This document shows, piece by piece, positions 56,120 through 64,000 of a stretch of 64,000 nt of DNA (the stretch's first letter is position 1; each line of letters starts with the position of its first letter). Below the pieces are notes generated by a model, which was not told where the DNA came from, made no database searches, and saw nothing but the letters and a program-made list of their open reading frames with translations. The stretch is from Minisyncoccota bacterium (lineage in GTDB: Bacteria; Patescibacteriota; Minisyncoccia; Phycocordibacterales; GWA1-40-21). The position numbers and the translations under genes were made by a program. Where the stretch lies: assembly GCA_041659365.1 (NCBI GenBank), contig JBAZYH010000004.1, positions 164-64,163 of the forward strand, written 5' to 3'.

Positions 56120-57193
56120 TTATGGTCCTGGAATAACAACATTAGCTGCATTACCACCGAGGCTAAGGTATTTTAATTCCTTATTCTCCGAGATAGATTG
56201 CGCTGTTAATACACCAACGAAGGTTTCACCTTTACCTCCGAGCGAATCAAGTTTTTGCTTCAGTACTTTTGCTTCAGCTTGACCCGTCCTCTCTTTAGCT
56301 TTTGCTATACCCTCTGCTGTTATCTCAGCTGTCTTTGCTTTTATTGCTGCAACTCTTTGTTCCTTTTCTGCTGCTGTGATATCTGCATCTCCTAACAATT
56401 CTTTATCTGATTTAGCTTTGAGTACTTTTTGAAAGTCCTCTTCAGGTTCTATATCCATGATGTCGACAGTGCGTATTTCTATACCTGCGACACTTTTAGG
56501 ATCACTATGTAAAAGTACTGCTTTTTCTATCTTTGCTTTTATTGCCCCAGTACTTTTTTGTGTCATTACGCTCATTGGTTTAATACCACCAACAACACCA
56601 CGTAATGAGTCTTTTGCAGGATTGATAAAATATGAAGGCCAATTTGGTCCTAGTGATATTGTTTTCGCCGGGTCCATTATTTCAATTCCAATTCTTGTTT
56701 TGAAATTAAATTTAATTGTTCCTCTTGATTCTACATCCCTATATTCAACAGGATATGCTGATCTAAAAAACATTGATTCAGCAGTTACAGTTTCTCCTTC
56801 AGGTGAAGTACCATCTATAAGTCTCTTTGGAAACTCGTATTTATAAATGGAACATAAACCTATCCATCTTACGCCGAACAGTTGCCAAAATATACTGCCC
56901 CTATTTCCTTGGTGAAATTTTTCTTCACCATTTTCAATCAGTCCGGTTTCTTCGTTAATATGTTTACCAAGACCTTTTAGGTTGGCAAGATATTGAACCA
57001 CTGGACCACCAATAGTCTTTATAACGAACTTAATACGTCCGTTTTTTATACTCGTAACCAGGATGTTTTTTTCTGCTAAAGCAGAAAAGCTCAACCGAAG
57101 TCCAAGATATAAAACAGATAATAAGAATACAATACTCAAGAAGAACAACATGATATACCTCCTTGCACTTTGTGGGTGCGATTCATTTGTCAA
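56120..57193 (-). CDS. SPFH/band-7 (flotillin/YqiK-like) domain protein
   Basis: N-terminal TM, SPFH core, C-terminal Ala/Lys/Glu-rich coiled coil (EKEQRVAAIKAKTAEITAEGIAKAKERTGQAEAKV). Confidence 0.6.
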   Translation of the reverse strand: MTNESHPQSARRYIMLFFLSIVFLLSVLYLGLRLSFSALAEKNILVTSIKNGRIKFVIKTIGGPVVQYLANLKGLGKHINEETGLIENGEEKFHQGNRGSIFWQLFGVRWIGLCSIYKYEFPKRLIDGTSPEGETVTAESMFFRSAYPVEYRDVESRGTIKFNFKTRIGIEIMDPAKTISLGPNWPSYFINPAKDSLRGVVGGIKPMSVMTQKSTGAIKAKIEKAVLLHSDPKSVAGIEIRTVDIMDIEPEEDFQKVLKAKSDKELLGDADITAAEKEQRVAAIKAKTAEITAEGIAKAKERTGQAEAKVLKQKLDSLGGKGETFVGVLTAQSISENKELKYLSLGGNAANVVIPGP

Positions 57194-57334
57194 TGATCAG
57201 TCGAAAAGGGGAAAGCACACGCTTTCCACCAGACTTATCTCTGTCTATAATGATAGCATATTTAGAAAGAAAAGTCAATAATGATGTTGCCTATTTTTAT
57301 GGCTTATTGTATACTTGTTTTGCCTTTATATCGG

Positions 57335-57665
57335 GTAGCTACTCCAATCGTAAGGTTGGGGAGGAAAGTCCGAACACAGCCATTCTTTTGAGTGGAGTAG
57401 GGTAGCGGGTAACGCCCGTCTAGAGTAATCTAAGAGGTGCGAACAGTGACGCCAATGCCGAAAGGCTAGGGTTCCTTCGGGAATAATCTTATTGGAAAAT
57501 AAGAGTGCAACGGCAAAATTCCTTACCTCTGTGCAAGGCCGTGTCCGCTTTATGCGGAAGTGCCGCTTGAGCTAAATAGTAATATTTAGCCCAGATAAAT
57601 GGTTATCCGATTGTAGTAATACAGTCGACAGAATTCGGCTTATAGATGTAGAGGTTATGGGAGGG
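57335..57665 (+). ncRNA. rnpB: RNase P RNA (bacterial type A), approximate ends
   Basis: P4 5' strand gaggaaagtccgaacacagcc (consensus GGAAAGUCCGGGCUCCA) and 3' strand acagaattcggcttata (consensus ACAGAACCCGGCUUA). Recognised by eye against the P4 consensus. A GC terminator hairpin follows (ggggcgcgcctaacggcgcgtccc at 57660-57690). Confidence 0.8.
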
Positions 57666-57781
57666 GCGCGCCTAACGGCGCGTCCCTTTCTCTTTGTATT
57701 TATTGTTTATAAAAATTGAAAATTTTTAATTATATCAATTTTAATCTATACTTCTTTTTTTACTAGAATGATAATATAAAT

Positions 57782-57813
57782 TTACACATATACGCTATAG
57801 CGTATATGTGTAA
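57782..57813. promoter_or_regulatory. Perfect 28-32-bp palindrome next to the -10 of gene 57832. An identical copy lies downstream at 58214-58247.
   Basis: ttacacatatacgctatagcgtatatgtgtaa. tataat at about 57818. Confidence 0.7.
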
Positions 57814-57831
57814 AAAGTATATAATATATAA

Positions 57832-58215
57832 ATGAGCAAATATAATTATAAAGGAATATGGGTTAACTCTTTTGGTATTCCGACAAGTAGTCCTGATTTC
57901 AATAGAAGAAAAAATACAATCGATAGAACAAGGGATATTTATAATATGTCTTTTTCATCTAATTTTAAAAAAGATTCGCCAAAGAACCTAATAGTTGTTT
58001 ATGATATTCCTGAAGAAAAGAAGAAGGAAAGAGACTGGTTCCGTCGTAATTTAAAAAGGCTCGGTTTTATAATGATTCAAAGAAGTATCTGGGTTGGGCC
58101 TTCACCACTACCAAAAAGTTTCGTTGATTATGTTAAATCAATAGGATTAAAAGATAAAGTAAAAATCTTTAGATTAGCAAAAGAATATTCAGAAAAAAAT
58201 AATAATTTTAATTAA
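57832..58215 (+). CDS. Hypothetical protein with a weak Cas2-like/ferredoxin-fold pattern, flanked by identical palindromes
   Basis: LIVVYDIPEEKKKERDWFRRNLKRLGFIMIQRSIWV. Confidence 0.35.
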   Translation: MSKYNYKGIWVNSFGIPTSSPDFNRRKNTIDRTRDIYNMSFSSNFKKDSPKNLIVVYDIPEEKKKERDWFRRNLKRLGFIMIQRSIWVGPSPLPKSFVDYVKSIGLKDKVKIFRLAKEYSEKNNNFN

Positions 58216-58247
58216 TACACATATACGCTATAGCGTATATGTGTATT
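58214..58247. repeat. Second copy of the 28-bp palindrome
   Basis: taatacacatatacgctatagcgtatatgtgtatta. Confidence 0.7.
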
Positions 58248-58347
58248 AATTAGTCACACTTTGTAGTAAATTGATTATAAATAATACTATTTTATTAACA
58301 GTTTTATTTTAACACCTAATCTTGTATACTAGAATAAATATAAAATA

Positions 58348-60018
58348 ATGGTTAAAAGAATCTTCGATCTTTTTTATAAGGAGATAAAGGGGTTGCACGA
58401 AGCGGCTTATCTTTTGGCGTTCTTTGCTTTTCTTTCACAGCTCCTTGCTTTATTGAGAGATAGAGTGCTTGCTTCAACTTTTGGTGCAAGTAATACTCTT
58501 GATATATACTATTCTTCTTTTAGGATTCCAGATTTTATATTTGTAACGGTTGCTTCTATTGTTTCTATCTCGGTCCTTGTTCCTTTTATTACTGATAAAC
58601 TTGATAAGTCTGAAGAAGAAGGAAAGAAATTTATAAATAGTGTCTTCTCATCTTTTTCAATTATTATTTTTATAACAAGTATTATATTTTATTTTTTAAT
58701 TCCTTATTTAGTACCTTTTATTTTCCAAGGAATGTCAGATACAACTGAGATAGTAAAAATGTCTAGAATACTTTTATTTTCTCCTATATTACTTGGTTTT
58801 TCAAATTTCTTTGCAAGCATTACACAGGTAGGTAAAAGATTTTTGATCTATGCTTTAAGCCCACTTTTTTATAACATCGGAATAATATTAGGGGTATTAT
58901 TTTTCTATCCAGTTTTTGGAATATATGGATTAGCTTACGGAGTAATTCTTGGTGCATTAATGCATTTATTCATACAAGTTCCTTTTGTTGTGGAAAGTAA
59001 ATTATTTAGAATGTTTCCGATTAATTTTGATTTTAGTTCAGTAAAAAAGGTTATACTTATTTCTATACCAAGGACTATTACTTTGGGTATGACACAAATA
59101 TCAATAATAGTTTTGCTTGGTATTGCTTCACTTATGAAAGAGGGAACAATCTCTATTTTTAATTTTGCCTATAATCTTCAGTCCGTACCACTTTCTATAA
59201 TAGGTGTAAGCTATTCTGTTGCAGCTTTTCCTACACTTTCAAAATTCTTTTCTGGGGGTAAGAGGGATGAATTTTTATCACACATAGTTTCTGGTGCCCG
59301 ATATATTCTTTTTTGGTCTATACCTATAACAATTCTTTTTGTTGTTTTGCGTGCTCAGATAGTTAGAACTGTTTATGGCGCGGGGGAGTTTAGTTGGGCT
59401 AATACGAAACTTACTGCGGCAGCTCTCGCAATCTTTGCTTTCTCTGTAGTTGCACAGTCGCTCGTGTTACTTTTTATAAGAGGATTCTATGCTATGGGAA
59501 ATACAAAGAAATCACTTTATGCAAGTTTATTGACAGGATTGCTTTCCATTGGATTTTCATTTTTATTTATAAGATTATTTGAACATTTTTATATATTTAA
59601 ATATTTTATTGAAAATTTATTTAGAATAGATGATACTGCTGGAAGTGAGGTACTTATGATAGCTTTAGGGTTTACATTGGCACAGATTGTTAATTGTGCC
59701 GTACTGTGGATTTCCTTTGAGAAAGAATTTAAAGGATTTTCAGTCCCGTTACTTAATACGTTTTTTCAGAGTTTTTCTGCCTCAGTAATAATGGGATTTG
59801 TTGCTTATATGGGATTAAATATATTTGATAATATTTATAACATCAATACTTTAATTGGTATTTTTTTACAAGGTTTTTCTGCCGGTGTTTTGGGTATTAT
59901 TTCAGCTCTGGTTGTGTTAAAACTGCTCGGTAGTGTAGAGTTAGATGAAATATGGAAAGCTTTCCATAAGAAGTTTTGGAAGGCAAAGACGACTATTCCA
60001 GATACAAATCAGCTATAG
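58348..60018 (+). CDS. murJ: Lipid II flippase MurJ (MviN family)
   Basis: About 14 TM helices. N-terminal RDRVLASTFGASNTLDIYY is typical of MurJ. Confidence 0.8.
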   Translation: MVKRIFDLFYKEIKGLHEAAYLLAFFAFLSQLLALLRDRVLASTFGASNTLDIYYSSFRIPDFIFVTVASIVSISVLVPFITDKLDKSEEEGKKFINSVFSSFSIIIFITSIIFYFLIPYLVPFIFQGMSDTTEIVKMSRILLFSPILLGFSNFFASITQVGKRFLIYALSPLFYNIGIILGVLFFYPVFGIYGLAYGVILGALMHLFIQVPFVVESKLFRMFPINFDFSSVKKVILISIPRTITLGMTQISIIVLLGIASLMKEGTISIFNFAYNLQSVPLSIIGVSYSVAAFPTLSKFFSGGKRDEFLSHIVSGARYILFWSIPITILFVVLRAQIVRTVYGAGEFSWANTKLTAAALAIFAFSVVAQSLVLLFIRGFYAMGNTKKSLYASLLTGLLSIGFSFLFIRLFEHFYIFKYFIENLFRIDDTAGSEVLMIALGFTLAQIVNCAVLWISFEKEFKGFSVPLLNTFFQSFSASVIMGFVAYMGLNIFDNIYNINTLIGIFLQGFSAGVLGIISALVVLKLLGSVELDEIWKAFHKKFWKAKTTIPDTNQL

Positions 60019-60086
60019 TTGTGGGTTGAAAAGAGTTGCTTTTTTAATTATTTTAAGATATACTCATAAAACTAATTTAAATAGAT

Positions 60087-60245
60087 ATGTCACAAGACCA
60101 ATTAATAAAACTTGCTTGTAAAGACTGTAAAAGAGTCAATTACTGGAGCAGAAAAAACAAAAAGAAAGTTGAGCGCAAAATTGAGCTCAAGAAGTATTGT
60201 AAATGGTGTAAAAAGAACACTATTCACAAAGAAGTAAAAAAGTAA
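60087..60245 (+). CDS. rpmG: 50S ribosomal protein L33 (52 aa; below the ORF-track threshold)
   Basis: MSQDQLIKLACKDCKRVNYWSRKNKKKVERKIELKKYCKWCKKNTIHKEVKK with a C4 zinc ribbon. Terminator agtaatccccctaaggattact+T6 at 60241-60275. Confidence 0.8.
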   Translation: MSQDQLIKLACKDCKRVNYWSRKNKKKVERKIELKKYCKWCKKNTIHKEVKK

Positions 60246-60296
60246 TCCCCCTAAGGATTACTTTTTTTCTTCTTTTTCTTTTTGCACCATTTACTA

Positions 60297-60415
60297 AAGG
60301 GGGGTCGAGGAAAAGGCTCGCTCCTTTTCTTTTTTTAAAACCGCACATGATTTCTTGCTAGAAATCTGCTATTCTCGTGCCGTCGCACTGCGAAATGGTT
60401 TTAAAAAGAGAAAAC
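60297..60415. repeat. Inverted copy of the 882-1000 structured element
   Basis: The reverse complement aligns at about 95% identity over about 118 bp with 882-1000. Confidence 0.8.
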
Positions 60416-60454
60416 TCGCTCGCAATTGTAAATGCAGGATACCTTTTAATATAT

Positions 60455-60510
60455 TTTGTATGTCTTTGCGAGAAGGTACTCCGACGTGGCAATCCAGGTT
60501 AGTATTAATA
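60455..60510. repeat. B-type hairpin repeat unit (inverted)
   Basis: tgtctttgcgagaaggtactccgacgtggcaatccaggttagtat. Confidence 0.75.
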
Positions 60511-60555
60511 GTTTTTGAGTTTTATTTTTATATTATTATATGCTATATTAGCTCG

Positions 60556-60619
60556 GTAAGGGCTAAACCATTCGCTCGTGGCGAATGGTCGCCCGAAACA
60601 TTTATTAAAATGTTTTTAG
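60556..60619 (+). promoter_or_regulatory. tRNA promoter element (GGGCTAAACC - hairpin - GGTCGCCCGAA - TAAAAT - gtttttag)
   Basis: gggctaaaccattcgctcgtggcgaatggtcgcccgaaacatttattaaaatgtttttag ends immediately before tRNA-Trp. Confidence 0.6.
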
Positions 60620-60690
60620 GGGCCTATAGTTCAGTGGTAGAATAATCGTCTCCAAAACGATTGACCGAGGTTCAAATCCTCGTGGGCCCG
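60620..60690 (+). tRNA. tRNA-Trp(CCA)
   Basis: gggccta-ta-gttc-agtggta-gaat. Anticodon stem atcgt/acgat, loop ctCCAaa. T-arm cgagg-ttcaaat-cctcg. Acceptor 3' strand tgggccc. Confidence 0.85.
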
Positions 60691-60760
60691 CAATGATTCG
60701 CAAAAATGGCTATAATGCCATTTGAGCGAATTATCATTGCAAGCCCACGGGGATTTGAAA
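60691..60760 (+). terminator. Long hairpin, then an inverted degenerate copy of the tRNA-Trp 3' end
   Basis: gcaatgattcgc...gcgaattatcattgc, then aagcccacggggatttgaaa, the reverse complement of caaatccccgtgggctt (tRNA 3' end caaatcctcgtgggccc). Confidence 0.55.
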
Positions 60761-60883
60761 GACGGAGCGCGACGGCGCGAGTCGGGGTCGAGAGTTTTTC
60801 TAGCAAGAAAAAACTCGTGACCTAATCCTCGTGGAAGTTGTATTGATTCTGTAAGGTTCGAAACTCCTCGTGAACTCGTTTAC

Positions 60884-60910
60884 TTAAAAGTCTCTAATTC
60901 CTTTTAAATA
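60884..60910. repeat. 27-bp hairpin (ttaaaagtctctaattccttttaaata). A direct copy lies at 61963-61989 on the other side of the APH-like gene.
   Basis: Direct sequence identity at 26/27 bp. Confidence 0.7.
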
Positions 60911-60935
60911 AAAAATTAATGTTATAATTAGATTA

Positions 60936-61931
60936 TTGGAATTCAAAACAGAAAAACATTCATCAATGATACATTTTAAAAATCAACCGAAACTTTCTGG
61001 TGTAGAAATCGACCAGAAGCGAGATGAAAGACGTTTAATACTCATTCCACAAATTGAGATTTTTTTATCCACAGATGACTTGTTTAAAGGGAAAGAAATT
61101 GAAGTTGAATTTTCTCACGAAGGTATTTCTTCTTTAGTTTGTTTTATTGAAATGGAAGAAGAAAAATTTGTTCTAAAAATCGCATTAAATAATACTGTGT
61201 CGGAAGGTAGTGAAGCTTTATTTCTTAAGACTTGGGAAAATGCTGGAATCTCAACACCGCATGTGTTTAAAGAGGGTAAAATTGCTGACAATTCATATGT
61301 TTTGATGGAATATATTGATGCTCCCACCGCAGAGGCAAAATACAAAGATGATGAAAGTGCAAAAGAAAATATGTATTTCGAGGCGGGTAAAATTTTGCGA
61401 AATATGCATAAACCAGAATCTGTTGGTTTTGGTAAGGTTACGGATGGCGAAGGTGAGTATTCCTCGTTTAAAGAATGGATTGACTCTCCAGATATGGAAA
61501 ATAGAGTAAAGTACGTAGAAGATAATAATTTAATAAATTCAGAGTACGGTACTTTTTCTCAGGCTAGAGATATTCTTGTAAAATATGTTGGAGATAGTAA
61601 TAAAAGTAGTTATTGTCATTTTGACTATAGTGCTGGACATCTTTTTGCTACAGAACCTTTAACAGTATTTGATCCAAATCCATTATTTAATAATGGATAT
61701 ATAGATTTGGGACGAACCTTGGTAAACTATATTGCAGTTTCTGGACTTTATCCAAAATCATTTGTTGAGGGTTATAGTGGAGAAAGTGGATTAGATGAAA
61801 AAGTTTTGCATGCTGCAATATTTCTCAATATTATTTATAAACTTCCATATCAACATCAAAAAGGAAAAATACATGTCATACAAAATTTTCAAAATTATCT
61901 AAGTAAGAATAAATTTTTGTTGGAAAAGTAG
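60936..61931 (+). CDS. Phosphotransferase (APH/choline-kinase-like protein kinase fold) family protein
   Basis: Kinase-like catalytic loop YCHFDYSAGHL and DxG-like IDLGRT. Confidence 0.45.
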   Translation: MEFKTEKHSSMIHFKNQPKLSGVEIDQKRDERRLILIPQIEIFLSTDDLFKGKEIEVEFSHEGISSLVCFIEMEEEKFVLKIALNNTVSEGSEALFLKTWENAGISTPHVFKEGKIADNSYVLMEYIDAPTAEAKYKDDESAKENMYFEAGKILRNMHKPESVGFGKVTDGEGEYSSFKEWIDSPDMENRVKYVEDNNLINSEYGTFSQARDILVKYVGDSNKSSYCHFDYSAGHLFATEPLTVFDPNPLFNNGYIDLGRTLVNYIAVSGLYPKSFVEGYSGESGLDEKVLHAAIFLNIIYKLPYQHQKGKIHVIQNFQNYLSKNKFLLEK

Positions 61932-62003
61932 TTTTGGTAGGCTCGTCTGTGCCGCCCTTTATTTAAAAGTCTCTAATGCCTTTTAAATAAGATATTGTAT
62001 TTC

Positions 62004-62915
62004 CTAAATCTTACTTTTCAAATATCTCATCACTTTCTCATCTTCCTTCGGCTTAAACCACTTAATATTCTTATTACGTTTAAACCACGTCCTCTGCCTC
62101 TTCACAAACTGCCATATCTCTCTATTAAGATTATCTATCATTTCTTCCTTACTTATTTTCTTCTGTAAAAATAAAGCTGTATTTTTATATTCAAGTCCAA
62201 AAGACTCAAGCCTTTTCCATGTTGTACCTTTATCGTGTATTCTTTGAATTTCTTCTATCATTCCAATTTTGATACGTTTAATAAGTCTTAAAGCTATTCT
62301 ATCTTTTAGTATTTGATCTTTTGTATCAAGTCCAATAAAAACAAAATCATATTCACTTGGTTTTTCTACAACAGTAGGAACACTTCCAAGCTCTTTTGCA
62401 ATCTCTAAAGCTCTTACAAGGCGAACTTTATTGTTTTTATCAATAGTTTTTGCTCTTTCTGGAGAAAGTTTCTTTAATAATTCAAAAAGTTTTTCTGTAG
62501 ATTTGTTTTCTAATTCTTTTCTATATTTTAAATTTAATTTAACTTCTGGAAGTATAATATTTTTCACCACACTATCTATGTAGTATCCTGTACCGCCACA
62601 TATTATTGGAGTTTTTCCTTTTGAAATAATTTCTTTTATTTTCTTATCAGCAAGTTCTTTGTATTTTGCCATTGAGAAAAAAGTACTTGGTTTAACTACA
62701 TCAAGTAAATAATGGGGAATACCCAGCATCTCTTTTTTAGTGATTTTACCACTACCAAGATCCATGCCTTTAAAGACTTGTCTAGAATCAGCAGAGATTA
62801 TTTCTCCGTTGTATTTTTTAGCTATGTTTACGGCTAGGTCACTTTTACCTGTGGCTGTAGGGCCGAGGACTACTATAACTTTGGGCTTATTAGTTGTTTT
62901 TTGTAAAATTTTCAT
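62004..62915 (-). CDS. miaA: tRNA dimethylallyltransferase
   Basis: P-loop VIVVLGPTATGKSDLAV and ISADSRQVFKGMDLGSGKIT. Confidence 0.85.
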   Translation of the reverse strand: MKILQKTTNKPKVIVVLGPTATGKSDLAVNIAKKYNGEIISADSRQVFKGMDLGSGKITKKEMLGIPHYLLDVVKPSTFFSMAKYKELADKKIKEIISKGKTPIICGGTGYYIDSVVKNIILPEVKLNLKYRKELENKSTEKLFELLKKLSPERAKTIDKNNKVRLVRALEIAKELGSVPTVVEKPSEYDFVFIGLDTKDQILKDRIALRLIKRIKIGMIEEIQRIHDKGTTWKRLESFGLEYKNTALFLQKKISKEEMIDNLNREIWQFVKRQRTWFKRNKNIKWFKPKEDEKVMRYLKSKI

Positions 62916-63564
62916 AAATTTCTCTTTTTCTTGATAAGGTTGGTAATTTCTTAGAATAGTATATTTTAGGAAGTAATTCTAGTGATTTCTTTTTCATAAA
63001 TTTAATTGTATACAAATCAGACCGATTATCTATTTTTGATTTTGTTGTATGTATTCTACCCAGTATTTTTGTGTTTTCATATATCTTATTTGATAACCAT
63101 TCTATATGAGGCCTACTGACAGAAATAAATCTCACAAATAATCTTTTATAAATATATTTAATATTTTTACGTGTATTATATTTATCTAAGTAAGTCGTAA
63201 TAGAGCCATCACCATCTAAATGTCCTCTTAGAAAATCTATAAAAAATTTATCAGGAATTTTTATCTCTCCTAAAATTTTACTCTTATTAGACATTAAACC
63301 AATACTTACTAACCATTTATAAAAAACAATATCACCAAATTGTACTCGATGGGAGATAATACCTTTATAATTTTTGGTTATACCTATTTTGTTTTTAATC
63401 TTTAGACATTTTTTAAAATTCTCTAATTGTTCAATATCTGACGATGTCATTATTATGTGACGCTTATCAGGTGACAAACAACCATCTGTTGTCAATAAAC
63501 CAACGATATATGCCAAATCAGGCGTCCATTTTAACGCTTTTGTTTGTATTTTTATTCCTGCCAT
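62890..63564 (-). CDS. Free-standing LAGLIDADG homing endonuclease (two motifs)
   Basis: LAYIVGLLTTDGCL and FLRGHLDGDGSI. Overlaps the miaA start by 26 nt and lies directly downstream of tRNA-Leu. Confidence 0.75.
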   Translation of the reverse strand: MAGIKIQTKALKWTPDLAYIVGLLTTDGCLSPDKRHIIMTSSDIEQLENFKKCLKIKNKIGITKNYKGIISHRVQFGDIVFYKWLVSIGLMSNKSKILGEIKIPDKFFIDFLRGHLDGDGSITTYLDKYNTRKNIKYIYKRLFVRFISVSRPHIEWLSNKIYENTKILGRIHTTKSKIDNRSDLYTIKFMKKKSLELLPKIYYSKKLPTLSRKREIYENFTKNN

Positions 63565-63571
63565 AATTTTG

Positions 63572-63653
63572 TGGGCGTGGTGGGACTCGAACCCACATGA
63601 GTTTCCTCACACGATTTTGAGTCGTGCGCGTAGACCAATTCCGCCACACGCCC
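63572..63653 (-). tRNA. tRNA-Leu(CAA), class II
   Basis: Minus-strand read: gggcgtg-tg-gcg-gaattggtcta-cgc. Anticodon stem cacga/tcgtg, loop ctCAAaa. Variable arm tgaggaaactcat. T-arm gtggg-ttcgagt-cccac. Acceptor 3' strand cacgccc. Confidence 0.85.
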
Positions 63654-63752
63654 TACTTTTTTATTGTATACAATTTATGAACAAAAATCAATTTTTTAAT
63701 ATTATACTAATGTGATAAAATACATAAATAATTAAGTTAATAAAATAAATAA

Positions 63753-64000
63753 ATGACACAATTTTACGGAGATTCAATATTTTGGGTTGAGGCAGATAAA
63801 ATAAAACCAAACCCATTTCAGCCGAGAAAAGAATTTGACGAAGCTAGATTAAAAGACTTGTCTGAATCCATAAGACAATATGGTGTTTTGCAGCCCCTAG
63901 TTGTCACCAGAAGGGAGTATCAGACGGAAGATGGTGGACTTGCTGTAGAATATGAACTTATTTCAGGAGAGAGAAGGCTTAGGGCTTCTAAGATGGCGAA
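63753..64000 (+). CDS. parB: Chromosome partitioning protein ParB, N-terminal part (truncated by the window end)
   Basis: QPRKEFDEARLKDLSESIRQYGVLQPLVV and LISGERRLRASKMA (ParB box). Confidence 0.75.
   Translation, partial: MTQFYGDSIFWVEADKIKPNPFQPRKEFDEARLKDLSESIRQYGVLQPLVVTRREYQTEDGGLAVEYELISGERRLRASKMA

Overview
This is an AT-rich (~33% GC) window with standard stop-codon usage (long ORFs read through without needing UGA recoding). Its gene content looks like a small-genome bacterium of the CPR/Patescibacteria type. Recognised housekeeping genes are valS, tsaD (with insertions), ftsA and ftsZ (separated), trxB, ybeY, rpsU, lepB, pth, rpsA, gyrA, murJ, rpmG, miaA, a partial parB and an Hsp20. 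Hand-folding the sequence gives eight tRNAs: Gly, Arg, Phe, Glu, Ser, Val, Trp and Leu. An RNase P RNA is also recognisable at about 57335-57665. Two accessory islands sit at an adjacent tRNA-Glu/tRNA-Ser pair. Island 1 (about 11.6-20.8 kb) ends in a large serine recombinase whose 3' end overlaps tRNA-Glu. It carries a PD-(D/E)xK-like gene, an AAA ATPase plus S8 subtilase pair (ietAS-like), DUF488 and unknowns. Island 2 (21.2-34.8 kb) is bounded by a 20-nt direct repeat of the tRNA-Ser 3' end. It carries a MacAB-like efflux triplet, MarR, a second serine recombinase, TerL and TerS, a ParB-methyltransferase fusion and a LexA/CI-like repressor. The repressor is followed in one operon by two ThsB-like TIR proteins with no canonical ThsA. 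Small membrane proteins and a 222-aa unknown occupy the ThsA position, which makes this a candidate new Thoeris-like variant. The window also contains six tandem TrbC/VirB2-like pilin paralogs and a free-standing LAGLIDADG endonuclease. A large family of short hairpin repeats (CTGGATT...GACAATACAAAA) flanks small GC-rich ORFs and splits ftsA from ftsZ. A conserved promoter-associated element precedes the tRNAs. Several genes are flanked by identical palindromes. All calls were made by eye from the sequence, with no database searches.
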